In this document: positions 12,966 to 24,849 of the stretch, piece by piece
How the letters are laid out: every line of letters starts with the position of its first letter
How positions within the stretch are numbered: position 1 is the first letter of the stretch
Assembly: GCA_009602735.1 (NCBI GenBank)
Contig: WELA01000805.1
Location: forward strand, 469,173 to 533,172
DNA from: Mesotaenium endlicherianum
Lineage: Eukaryota
Length of the DNA: 64,000 bases
Direction: 5' to 3'
Notes under the pieces: generated by a model
Databases searched by the model: none
What the model saw: the letters and a program-made list of their open reading frames with translations, nothing else
What the model was told of the DNA's origin: nothing
Position numbers and translations under genes: made by a program

Positions 12966-13703
12966 TGAAAGGGGCAAAGTGCCCTAGTGGAAGCATAGTG
13001 ACTCACGAGGAACAAAGCTAGTTGCAATCATACTCAAGAGTGCAGCGACATATTGCTAAGAAAGCTTAGGAAAATTACTTGACATTTTGAGTGGCAAGAA
13101 ACTGCTCACAAATGATGTAGGATGAAAGGCCTTGTCATTACAAACCCGTAGAAATTTACAGAAGTGAAAACTGATAAGAAACAAAGAAGTTATGCCTATT
13201 TATAATTTTCTACCTAAGTGCTCCTCCCTAGGAGGAAGCTACGGATTTTCCTAAGTGTTCGTCAAATCGTCCCTTCCAGAATATTCGTGAGTAAGCCTGA
13301 TCAGTCTAATCTGACGTGTCGGGCCGAATTGACGTCCACATACATGCATCGACATTACTAGAATATTCTATCTTAGACGCGCTAGGCTAAACCGAAACTT
13401 CTAGGTAAATCGACCTAGTCGGCACTCCGCGTCAGCCGAACTTACGTGAAGGTTCGAGCTCATTCTAACGGGCCAGATCGCTCGACGCTGTCGGTCATTC
13501 CGACGGTCGCGCTCACCGCGAATTAAGGACAGTCGTCGACCGACCTCGAAATTAATTAACCTTCAGAAATCCGTAACTCTCTCAATACTTGACCAAATTC
13601 GATGCACTTTATATCAAAATGACCACAAAAATACACTGTACACTAATATACAAAATACTTTTATGAAACTCAAAAATGCACTTTATAAACCTATGACCTT
13701 ACA
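12966..13703 (-). repeat. 5' LTR of element C
   Basis: Direct repeat of 7111-7875; adjacent to the PBS. Confidence 0.93.
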
Positions 13704-13708
13704 CAGTC

Positions 13709-13987
13709 ATTTTGGGAAAACGAGCTGTGAAAGCTCTAGGTTTGACGACAAGGGACCTGAAAGAGAGTCCTTTTTAGTTGAGAATTGCCTCAGGACAAGT
13801 CTCAAAGTCTTGTGGGATTACCCGCAAGCCTGTGAAAATCACAGTAAATTTAGGGAAACCTGAAGAGGCGTCACTATTCATGGAGTGCACAGTGACGGAA
13901 GCTGAGAACTATGATGTTCTCTTGGGAACAGAAGCACTGATTCCCTTGGGTATGATCATTGATCTGCGGAAACAGAGAGTGACTTAG
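13709..13987 (+). pseudogene. Element B protease, C-terminal half
   Basis: ILGKRAVKALGL...LRIASG...YDVLLGTEALIPLGMIID (retropepsin flap and ILG motifs), in frame with DTGAQPV once element C is removed. Confidence 0.8.
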
Positions 13988-14329
13988 CAGTCAACAGATA
14001 GACAGCCGGCAGGAGAAATTCCTGTGAAAATGGTTTGCATAGGAGAAGCAAACTACGGACTGCCAGACTGCTACGTTAATGACAGGTACCCAGAAGCCAG
14101 CGACAACCTCATGAAGCAAGAAGAGGAAGGCTATACAAGCATCAACATACCAACACCCTTGGTATGGCAATCCCGGATCATGAAGCAGCTGGAAACTGTG
14201 AGTAATAGGGACCACGGCCCTCAAGAGCTGCTGCCAGTACCCTACCCAGTTACCTCCTTTGCAAATCTGATGCCTGGAGTGGAGCCGCTGCCGCAAGGCA
14301 TTGTCAGGATGGAAGATCCTTTCCGCAAA

Positions 14330-15200
14330 AGGGGAGTGGTGGTGTTGGAATTATTTGCCGCACTTGGCTCTAGGACCATAGCATTGATCCAGCGAGGAAT
14401 ACAGTTGGCCAAAGTCCTGTATGTGAACAACGATGACCACGCTTTTTGAGCATTCCAAGAGGTCATGAATCAGATGCGGCAAATGCATCATTTTCAAAGG
14501 TTGGCACCTATATATAGCAATGTTGAGCGCATTGCTGGAGGCAACATTATGAACGTGAAGCCTGAATACCTGTATGGCTACAAGATTGATTGGATCTTTG
14601 CTGGATTCCCTTGTCAACCATTTTCTCAAGCTGGAAACAGGAGGGGATTCAGTGATCCACAAGCACAACACTGAGGATGGATGGTGAAAATCATCAGCAT
14701 ACTGCGGGAACGTCAGCACTATCACCCACCTGTGTTTGTGATTGAGAACGTACATCCAGGAATGGACTACAAGCAGATGAAGCCGGGAGAACCATGGCTC
14801 ATTTTTGACTCCACTTTGGGCCATCATGTGCTAATCAACGACGCCAAGCACGAAGGATTGTCTCATAGGGCCAGGATATTTTGGACCAACGGCATGTCTA
14901 TCGAGGTTCTGAGAGAAATGGAGGACATTACACGGCGATCACCAACAGCCTTGACAGTGGAAAAGGCACTGGCGGTGCATACCAGACCATTGACCTGGAG
15001 GGATTCCTATCCACAGTGTGTCATCAACGAACCAGGTCAGCCAAGAGTGGTACTGCCTACCTTTACAGCATATCCAGGATCCTGAGCCTTCAGAGGAGGT
15101 GGACCAGGAATGGTCAAGGACATATATAAAAGAGACGCCGTGTGGAGGGAGCCCACCGCGGTGGAAAAGGGCAAATGCCTTGGAATACCCGACCACATAG
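14330..15200 (+). pseudogene. C5 cytosine DNA methyltransferase domain (DNMT3/DRM-like) inside the element B polyprotein
   Basis: One frame gives motif I VLELFAALG (about 14340), motif IV IFAGFPCQPFSQAG (about 14595-14635), motif VI FVIENV (about 14735-14752) and motif VIII DAKHEGLSHRARIFWTN (about 14840-14890). A motif IX-like EPTAVE/RANALEYP spans a frameshift at about 15165. TGA stops at 14447, 14672 and 15083. Confidence 0.9.
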
Positions 15201-15240
15201 CTCGGCATATAGCTGGTGCTGTAGGATCAGATGAGGCAGC

Positions 15241-17449
15241 ATGATCGAGCAGCACTCTATGACTTGGTTGGTGGAAACAATCACGACATGGCAACAGTTG
15301 ACCTTCACTGACAAGCCTATGCCAAGACCTAGACCAGTAACAATAGGGATCAATGTGGTGCCAACATCTGACCAGAGGGCTATCAGAACAGCACATCAAC
15401 AACAAGAAGAATACTGGGTGCAAAGAGACGCAGCGGAAGCCGCTGTAGACAGAGCATACAGGGGAGATAGGATGGCAGAACTGATGAGATGTCAGAATCT
15501 ATTGGACCGGATTGATAACCGGACCAATAAATTACAAGCACCTTTGGAAAGAGAGGATACACCCATGAGGGATCAGGCGCCTGAGCAAGCAGCACCGCTA
15601 CCAGGAGTGGAAGACGATACGCATGGCACCCCATTATCTGTGAGAAACGCCACTCACAGCCAGATTTTTGGGAGCTCACCTCTCGGAACAACGACATCAA
15701 GACGTGAAGAGACCCCAGAAGAGGCGAGGTCAGGGTATGGTACCCCCCTCAGCCCAAGGGCAGCTGGGCACGGAGACAATTGGCAGAAAAGCTCAAGTAG
15801 CTGGAAAGCCAACCAAAGTAACTATCGTCTTCACCGGAGCGAGCATCGTTAAAAGACATGTCAGAAGCATCTGAGCAGAAGGCTCCTGAGCCTACAACTG
15901 AAAATACCGGATACTGCTTAAACCAAGTACCAAGGCAAGAACGCCAGTGCAATCTTGGTGAATGGGCCGAAGAGAGTAGCCAGAACTCAGGAGATTCTGG
16001 AGGGTCTGCAAAGACCATATGTCTTGAAGTAATATTCGAAGAACGCCAGGAGGAGTTGGACAACAAACTGTTTACAACACCTGCCTTGATGAGCCCAGAG
16101 CCGCAAGCTAAGGGGCAACAGCAGGGTTCAGCCAGTCAAACAGCTGAATCCATTGCAAGGGAAATCATGGAGCAGCTGCTGGACGTAGGCGCCCAACAAC
16201 ACAAGGAACGGGAAGTGCCTAAGGCGGCAAGCACTCTGCAATCAGCCATCGTCAACTTGGCAAAGCTCAACACAGATAATGAAGGAGAAACGCCACCACC
16301 TGGAGCGGAGAAATCAATTGAAGATGAGGCAGAGATGCCAGACCTTCCAAGGCTTGACCTGCCGTCAGTCACCAATGAAGAGGAGATTCAGGAAGCAATT
16401 CCAAGTTTTCCTACCCCAGAACTGGATCTATTGGAGCTACAAGAAGTCAGAACGGATGACTGGGTGAACGACCAATTGATGATGGAAGGACCCAACCCGG
16501 CCAATCTTTACAACGATCTAAGGTCGCCTACATCCAGCACTCCAACCGCCAGTTTGCCGGCACCAAAAGCTACCCCACATCAGCTACAACAGCCGCAGGA
16601 AGTGGCTGCCTGCACCGCTAAGGTGGAACCAACACAAGGAAATCCTCACGGTCGCGCAAGCAGACCAAGAAAGGTTGCCCGGGAAGGGAATGCACCTTTC
16701 AGGCGGATGCTGATGCGTTACTTCAAGTACAGGAAAACAGCTCCAAGAGAAGGGTTTCCGAAAGGAACCACGGCTCCTCCTCCGCAACCTATCCTAGAGA
16801 TTTTGCAGAGAGAGGGAGAGGATGGCTTAATTCGCAAAGCCGTGATTTTCGGAATTCACATTCCATGGTGCATCCCTCATCCACTGAAACATGGGAGAAG
16901 GACAGTTCAGCTCCTAGGACACCTACAGTGTTGGAAAGGGAATTGGTAGAGCTAAGAAGCACCATAAGCCGCTTGACAGCAGAAAATGCTGTATACGCAC
17001 AAATAGCTGCGGCCCAAAGATCGCAGACTATGACACAAACATGGACGATTACGCCACCAGCCAGAGAGGAGTTTGGCACAACCGTTGCGCGCATAGCTAC
17101 CATTGAGCGCGAATGGGGTTGGACAATCGACCCCAGAGCAGATCCAGCAGGGTGGCCTTTGCCAAACCCACCCGCACCACTTGAAGAAGGAGGAACAGGG
17201 ACCAGCTGGACTGCGGCCGATGAAGAAAGATTCTTGAGGCAGCCCATCCGGAGGCGCCTGACCTACACCACGCAACCAGAAAGGCGACGATCTATCGGGA
17301 AAGGTAAGAGGCCTAAGAAGCAGGCCTCCAAGCCTGAGATAGCGGAGGAGCAAGCTGCAAAGCCTGCCACTCCACCGCCAAACAATCAGGCAGAAAAGCC
17401 TGAAGGCCAGGATGAGGGCGGAAACCCCCCACCTGGACCCAAAGAGTAG
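15241..17449 (+). pseudogene. Long low-complexity (P/E/Q/T/A-rich) linker of element B between DNMT and RT, frameshifted
   Basis: Consecutive long ORFs 15241, 15858 and 16865; the last is in frame with RT; no recognisable domain. Confidence 0.55.
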
Positions 17450-20224
17450 CAACTACTGGATGCCTGTGTTGGGGAAAAGCAACCAGCAACTGAGGTTTTC
17501 ACCATGGGAAACATAGTCTCAGCCCAACAGAGAGCACAAGTAGAAAGGCTGCTGAAGAAGCACCGCAAGGTGTTTGCTTTTACCAAAGAGGAGAATGGTA
17601 GAACCACCGCCGGTGTGTGTGAGATCACACTAACTACTGATAACCCAGTCAGACTTGGGCCTCATAAGCTCAGTCAGACCAAATAGGACTGTGTGGAGAA
17701 AACTTGCCAGGAGCTGCACAAGCTCAGCATGATCGAGAAATCAACCTCAATACATGGATCTCCCACGGTAGTAGTTGCCAAGAAGGACGATGATGGCAAT
17801 TATACAGCAACTCGTATGTGTGGAGACTACAGAGGACTGAATCTTCACACAGAGCCAGACAGCTATGTGATGCCTACACCAGAGCGGATTTTTGCGATTG
17901 CTACCACCGGGAAGGTGTTCAGCATCATCGATCTACGCCAAGGGTTCAACCAGATCTCTGTGAAAACAGAAGATCGAGGTAAGACCGCTTTCTGGGCCCA
18001 AAGGGAACTTTGGCAATGGACGGTAATGCCGTTTGGACTGAGAAATGCTCCAGCCATCTTTCAGAGGACTATGGATAAAGTGCTGGAGGGATTGGATTTC
18101 GCAAAACCATACATCGATGACATGGTGGTATTCAACAAGTCCATAGAGGAGCACCTGGAGCATTTGGAACAAGTGTTCCAGCGCCTAGAGAAATTTCAGA
18201 TGACGTTGCACCCTGGACAGTGCAAATTCTTTGAGGCACATGTGCCTTACTTAGGACATGAGATTGGGAACAATGCTATGTCCCCTCAGGTTGTAAAGAC
18301 TGAAGCCATTTACAAGATACCTGCACCAACGAATATGTCTAAGCTTAAAGGTCTGTTAGAGCTAAGCGGATACTATCGTAAATTTGTGAAGGATTATAGC
18401 AAAATTGCTAAACCCTTCACAGAACTCCTGAAAAAGAACGTACCTTTTGTGTGGACGGAAGAGGCCATGAACGAGCTCAAGGAGCGGCTGGTAACAGCCC
18501 CAGTCTTGCGAACACCTGACTACTCCAAGCCGTTCAATTTACACACCGACTGGAGTCGTGTGGGAATTGGCGCAGTACTCACTCAGGCCAAAAGTCCTAG
18601 AGAGGAGTACGTCATTGCCTATGCCTCGAGCTCTAACAACCGAGCGGAGAGCAACTACTCGTCCTACAAAGGAGAGCTACTGGCAGTGGTTTGGATTGTT
18701 GCACATTTTAGAAAGTATCTGTGGGGAAGACCCTTCACGCTGATCACAGATCATTTGCCATTACTTTGGCTGATGAAGAATGGAGACCTCACTGGTAAAC
18801 TGGCTCGTTGGGCTCTCAAGCTCCAGGAGTACCAGATGACGGTGATATACCGAGCAGGTATACTCAACAACAAAGCTGATGGACTCAGCAGGAACCCGGA
18901 CCCATCCGCAGACGACAGAACAGGAGCTCGAGAAGACGAAGATCCGAGCAGCCCCACAGAATCGGCCGCCTGCCTGGCCGAAATGGCTAGAATGGTAGCA
19001 TCAAGAGAAGCTGAGCCCCTACCTTTGTTTAGTCCAGAAATCTGGAAAGATCAAGCCACTATGCATTGGTTGAAGACGGGGGCCCATATAGAAGGATTAT
19101 CGGCAAAAGAAGAGGACCAGGTAGGCCATCGAGCTAAAAGGTTTTGCTGGAAACGCAATAAATACTTCAAGATTGAAGAAACTGGTCAGGAAAAGTTAGT
19201 GCCAGAACCCACCAAAAGACGAGCTCAAGTGCAGGAAATGCATGAGAATACTGGACACTATGGTGTCAAGAAGACATACAGTCTTCTGGAGCTGTCTTAC
19301 TGGTGGAGGGGCATGAAGCAGCGGTGCGAGGATGTGATCAAGGCCTGTACAAGCTGCGATCGCGTCAAGGCTGGTTTTACGCAGCAACACCCACACCTGC
19401 AACCTCTGCCAATCATGGACCTAGGCTACCGGTGGAGCTGCAATCTCGCAGGTGAGCTACCGCTGTCCAAGCGAGGTAACAAGTACATTATGGTCATGAT
19501 TGAGCATTTTTCTAAGTGGATAGAGGTGGTGCCTCTAACCGCTAAGGAAAGCTTGGGGACCGTGGAAGCGCTCCTCAATGGTGTGATTGTACGTCATGGA
19601 GCCCCAGCAGAAGTGCTGACAGACCAAGGGTCTGAGTTCCAAGGATCTTTTAAGAAACTCCTGGATAAATGCTTCATTGACCATCGCACTACGTCTAGAG
19701 ACCACCCACAAGCAGATGGTCTGGCAGAACGGATGGTGCAAACCATTAAGTCTGCTTTACGCAAACTTTGCCTTGAGCATGATAAGCGTAATTGGGATCT
19801 GGCCCTGCCATGGCTGGTTATGGGTTACAAATTAAGCAAGCAAGCTGCTTTGGCAAATTACTCGCCTTATGAAATTCTGTTTGGAAGAAGTCGAGTTGTG
19901 CCCAGCAGCATCAAGCAGGACATTGAGCAGGTGAAAGATCTGGACAACCCTGATGAATTGTTAAAGGTCATGTTGCGCCGCAAGGTGCTATTTGAGTACA
20001 TGATGCCTGCTGCCCTAGACAATCTGAAAATTGCACAGAAAAGAGACACACAGCGTTACGCTAGGACGCAAGATGGGAGCTACCGCCTGCAAATGACGCA
20101 GATCCAGGAAGGAGACTTCGTCTACCGCAAGCGCCAGACTAAGACCACCATTGACACCAGGTGCAGTAATCTTACGCGTGAAACATGCGTTCGACAATGG
20201 TGTGTTGGAACTGGAAGGTTCTGA
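17450..20224 (+). pseudogene. pol: Element B RT, RNase H and integrase
   Basis: RMCGDYRGLN, IDLRQGF, MPFGLRNAP, YIDD; LHTDWS; HENTGH...CTSC; TDQGSEF, GLAER. Stop at 17684, first integrase Asp appears as Asn (WSCNLAG), frameshift near 20160. Confidence 0.93.
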
Positions 20225-20330
20225 TGGTAAGACCATGGGAGATCACGTGCAAAACTGTTCGCTGTGCCATGTGCCAAATATTGATCCTACAATTAAGACT
20301 GAGCCTGAGGAATTGGTGCCAGCCACGCCT

Positions 20331-20459
20331 TGTGCCAACTGCAAAGTACTGGATGATCAAGAAGCAATGGTAACCTGCGATAAGTGTGGTGCCCGTTAGC
20401 ACACCTTCTGCATTGGTGAAGAAGAGATTTTGGCAGGACAATGGGAATGTCTTGACTGC
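20331..20459 (+). pseudogene. PHD finger (C4HC3) at the end of element B pol
   Basis: Hand translation: CANC-KVLDDQEAMVT-CDKC-GAR*-HTFC-IGEEEILAGQWE-CLDC; the TAG sits where an aromatic residue (TGG) is typical. Confidence 0.85.
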
Positions 20460-20529
20460 CTTCCCAAAACCCCCAGCCACAGGGCCAGGAAATAAAAGCT
20501 TTCAGCAGAAAGGCAGGGACGCCTCAGCT

Positions 20530-21140
20530 GAAAGGGAGGGGTGTAAGGGAAACTGAAGAAAGCTATCTTTTTGAAAATTTCTGCTAAGTGTTGAATGAGG
20601 AACTGGTTAAACATGGGAAGCACTAAGTGTGGGATGCCCCACCGCATGATGCAAGTGCAGGAAGACCAGGAATGGATCAAACCCCAACCAGACTGTCACC
20701 GACACACGTGCAAGGGACGATCAACCCGGTCGATTCCCACGTGCAGTGACGCACCGACACGTCAACCAAGTCAAAGGCACACGTGCTGAGAAGCCACGCA
20801 CGCGCCAGGGGTCCAACACTGTTAGGCACGACAGCTGTCGCGACTGTTATCCACTTGACGGTGCCGCACGCGCAGCGCAAGTCACGGTCGCCCAGGTACG
20901 GGAAGTCAGCATCGACTCACCGACCAAAGGACCGAGTCAGCGGTTATGTTGAAGTCGTTGTCACTGTCAAAGTGGTCACGACACGTCACATCCACACCCA
21001 GGATGGGATGGGGATGTGGACCGAGTGGTCAGCCAAAAGGCTAGGGACATGGAACCAGCAATGAGCCAGACTAGCAAGTGCCAAGAAAGGCACTGATCAA
21101 TCGGCTATCCAAGCCAAGTACAGCAGGGATGTTGCAAAGG
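20530..21140 (+). repeat. Polypurine tract (20530-20541) and partial 3' LTR (from 20542) of element B
   Basis: GAAAGGGAGGGG directly followed by TGTAAGG; no partner LTR in the window, so the extent is inferred. Confidence 0.6.
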
Positions 21141-21501
21141 TGTTGAAAATCTTCATCTGACATTGCTTACTTGTTCTATGGCAAGACAAATACTTCACTT
21201 GCAGCTCATACACAACACATATAAGCATGCACACGACACCAAGAGGAGCACTCTCTTTCTCGGGGGCTCAACTCTTTCTTACTCAAGTGTGTCCCTTACA
21301 AGTTTCTCTGCCCTTCCATATTCACATTTGCGGCTGCTAACCTACCTCGAACTAATCGACAGTCCTAGTCATCAGAAGCCCTACACATCGACACTCTCAA
21401 CCAACATTAGCTGGACTCGATCGACCACAAACTTCGGTCAACCTCCACACATGTGAGCGCACATGCTAAGCAATTAGAGCTAGGACTGCTTTTTTTCTAC
21501 A
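21141..21501 (-). repeat. 3' LTR of the copia element
   Basis: Termini TGTTGAAAA...TTTTCTACA; adjacent to the PPT. Confidence 0.75.
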
Positions 21502-21519
21502 CTCCCTCTCAGTTCTAAT

Positions 21520-24500
21520 CTATTTGCTCACTATCTCTTTTAGTCCTAGCATCTCAGCACACCATTGGTGCCTTACTCTAGAAACAGCCTTTGTCAAGGC
21601 ATCAGCCACCATCTTATCAGTTCTAACAAACTTGAACTCTACACTACCATTAAGCACACACTCTCTGCACTTATGATATTGAATATCTATAAGTTTACTC
21701 CTAGCATGCTCAACAGGGTTCTTTCCTAATGCAATGCAGCTCTGACTATCACTCAATATAATAGTGGGCCTCTTTTGCTCATAGCCCAGGTCCTCCAGAA
21801 GTCTTCTCAGCCACAGTGCCTCTCTCACTGCCTGTGAGGCTGCCATATACTCTGCCTCCATGGACAACAAGGCCACCACCTTTTGTCTCTTGCTCTTCCA
21901 GGTCACAGCACCCTTAGCCAGAGAGAATGCATAACCTGTTGTAGACTTCCGAGTGTCTATGTCTCCTCCCCAATCAACAACACTGCACCCTTCTAGCCTC
22001 ACACTATCACTTCCTCAAAGGTGCAACCACAGGTTTGGTGTCCCCTTGAGATATCTCATGATCCTCTTCATAGCCTCCCAGTGTGCAGGGCCTGGATTCT
22101 CCATGAATTGACTCACTATCCCGACTGCGTTAGCAATATCGAGACGTGTGCACACCATCAGATACATGATACTACCTGCAACCTTCCTCATGGGCACCTG
22201 AGACATCATCTCCCACTCCTGCTCATCCTTAGCACACATACTCGAGCTCAGCTTGTGCTTAGGATCAAGGGGCACACTGACAGGCTTACAGCCCATCATA
22301 TCAAACCTCTCCAGCACTGTCTGCAAGTAGGCTGGCTGACCCAGCATTACAATCCTCTTGGCCCTATCTCTCTTCACCTGAATGCCAAGCAGGAACTGTA
22401 CCTCTCCCAAGTCCATCATATCGAAGGCACAACTCAGGGCATCCTTCACCTTCTGCACCTCCACCATCTTCTTGCCAACGAGCAGCAGGTCATCAACATA
22501 TAGTACCAGCATCACCCTGTCATCACCTGCTCCCTTCATATACAAACTGCTGTCAGCATTGGACTTCACAAATTCCTCACCATGAAGAAAGGAGTCTATC
22601 TTCTGGTTCCACACTCTTGGAGACTGCTTCAGTCCATACAGGGACTTCTTCAGCTTGCACACCTTCTTCGGGAACTTCTCATCAATGAATCTCTCTGGCT
22701 GCTCCATGTAGACCTCCTCCTCCAGCTCTCCATACAGAAATGCAGTCTTCACGTCCATCTGATGCATCTCCATATCCTCCACTGCGGCAATCTGCGCCAC
22801 GACTCTCACTGTGGCAATCTTTGCAACTGGTGCAAAAGTCTCATGACAGTCTTCTCCCTCTGTCTGGGAGTAGCCCTTTGCCACAAACCGCGCCTTGTAT
22901 TTGTCCACTAATCCATCTGCCTTCCTCTTCTTCCTGTAGATCCACCTGCCTCCCACAACCTTCTTACCAGGTGGCAGCTCTGTTAGGTCCCATGTCTCAT
23001 TCTTTGCCAGTGACTCCATCTCTTCCTCAGAAGCCTTTCTCCACTTAGCTGCTTCCTCTGTTTGCATAGCAGCCTCAAAGGTCTTGGGCTCTGAGTCATT
23101 TACCATGTAGACCACCTCACTCTCTACAGTGTCCTCCTCAGCCATCGACTCAGCCACGCTTACATACTCATCAAAGCCAAATCTAGCAGGTGGCACACTC
23201 TCTCTTCTTGAGTGTCTAGTTGAGCCATGGCTCTCTCCACTAGTGGACGCTTCTCCTCCTGCACGTGATCTGGAGCTCCTCTCAGCTCCCTCTGTTGCTT
23301 CTGCCTCCCTGCCTGCCAGTCTCCTTGATCTTCTCTCCTCTGGTGCTGTCGCTCCCTGAGGTCGTGGACTTGTTCTCTTCCTCTCCTGTGCTGCTCCCTC
23401 TGAGAGTCTAGGTCCTGTTCTCTCCCCAATGAACTTGACCTCGTCCTCAGAATCAGAGGCTGCTCCCTCTTGCTCATCACTCCTTGATTCAAGCTCCTCC
23501 TGAGCTTCAATGCCTGGTTGCGGCATCTCTGGCAGTGCCTGAGCTCCAGCAGCAGGGGCAGCTCTTGCAGCAGCTTGAAGCCGAGTCTCAACTCTGCTCT
23601 GCTCTTCTCCCTCTGGTACAAACTCTTCATAGAGTCTAGAGCTCCCAGGATCCAGCACCTTCTCGTTGAAGATCACATCTCTGCTCACGATCACATCTCC
23701 TGTTCTCACTTTCACCAGCCTGTACCCTTTGCTGTTGGTGTCATAGCCCACGAGTAGACACCTCTCAGACTTGGGTTGCAGCTTGTGCCTCTTGTCCAAG
23801 GGAATATGGGACCACACCTCTGTCCCGAAGACTCTCAACTCTTGCACAGAGAGTTTCTTCCCACTCCAGACCTCTTCAGGAATCCTTCCACCAATAGCAG
23901 CCGATGGCAGCCTGTTACTCACATAAGTAGCAGTGCTTACAACTTCTGCCCACAAGCTCACGTTTTGACCAGACGCAAAGATCATCGCTCTTGCAGCCTC
24001 CACAAGAGTCCTGTTCTTCCTCTCAGCAACTCCATTCTGCTGAGGAGAGTAAGTGATAGTCAGCTCATGCTTGATTCCTTCGTCCCTCAGAAACTTGTCA
24101 AAGTAGCCGTTGACATACTCAGACCCATTGTCAGTCCTCAGGGTCTTGATCTTCTTTCCCAACTGCTTCTCCACGGATGCCTTGTACTTCAAGAACTTTT
24201 CATACGCCTAATCCTTGGTTCTCATGAAATACACCTCAGTCTTCCTGGAGTAGTCATCTGTGAAGGTGATGTAATACAAGTTTCTCGACAATCTGGCTGT
24301 TACACTAGCAGGTCCCCACACATCTGAGTGGACCAACCCCAGCAGCTCACTAGCCCTTGAAGCTTCTCCCTTTGGGAATGCCTTCCTGGCCTGCTTCCCC
24401 ATCTGACATCCCCTGCAAAATTCTAAACTCTGCTTTGTAAAGTCTGGCAGCCCTCTCTCCTTGTCTTGTGCCATCTGCTTCAATCTCTGCTCACTCACAT

Positions 24501-24717
24501 GTCCCAGCCTCTGGTGCCACAGGTTGATGTCACTCTCCAGCTTGGCACCTCCCTGTGCACCAAGTGCAAACTCAACCTGAAGAACCTGGTCCATTACAGA
24601 TAGAGCAATCTTAGTTTGGCATTGGATTTTAAACAAGCTGCCTTGAACACTTGACTTCACAGCCTTCATTACCACATCACCGTCCGAGTCCATGACTCGA
24701 CACTCACTTCCAGACAC
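21520..24717 (-). pseudogene. pol: Copia pol with in-frame stops at about 24208 and 22015
   Basis: LWHQRLGH, VHSDVWGP, RTDNGSEY, QQNGVAERKNR, YKARFVAKG, QMDVKTAFL, LYGLKQSPR, LYVDDLL, RKSTTGY, IDIQYH. Confidence 0.95.
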
Positions 24718-24849
24718 TCACTCAATTTCAGACCATTCCGACAACATCGCCGCAAATGGCGCTAAAAAGTACCTAAGTGTCTAAAAAATGGGCATTTGGA
24801 CTGCATGTGATGGCAACCAAGGACACACAATTTGGAGGAGGCATTGCAA

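Larger units (their letters stand above)
7111..13703 (-). mobile_element. Ty3/gypsy chromovirus, family C; both LTRs present; RNase H replaced by a hAT-like insertion
   Basis: LTRs 7111-7875 and 12966-13703; 5-bp TSD CAGTC (7106-7110, 13704-13708); PBS TGGTATCGGAGC at about 12952-12963; PPT at about 7876-7890. Confidence 0.96.
6537..21140 (+). mobile_element. Decayed Ty3/gypsy element B encoding a C5 DNA methyltransferase and a PHD finger; interrupted by element C (7111-13703) and cut off in its 3' LTR by the copia
   Basis: Colinear plus-strand domains PR (split), DNMT, RT, RNase H, IN, PHD, then PPT and a TG-starting LTR. Removing C plus one CAGTC target copy restores the protease frame. 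Confidence 0.88.
21141..24717 (-). mobile_element. 5'-truncated Ty1/copia LTR retrotransposon
   Basis: Domain order GAG-pre-integrase, IN, RT, RNase H; PPT GAGAGGGAG at about 21502-21510; 3' LTR 21141-21501. gag, protease and 5' LTR are missing. Confidence 0.93.

Noticed and set aside
14330..15200. Bacterial restriction-modification methylase or contamination
   Set aside because: It is in frame with a retroelement protease, has a DNMT3-like motif VIII, has no neighbouring endonuclease and shows the same decay as the surrounding pol.
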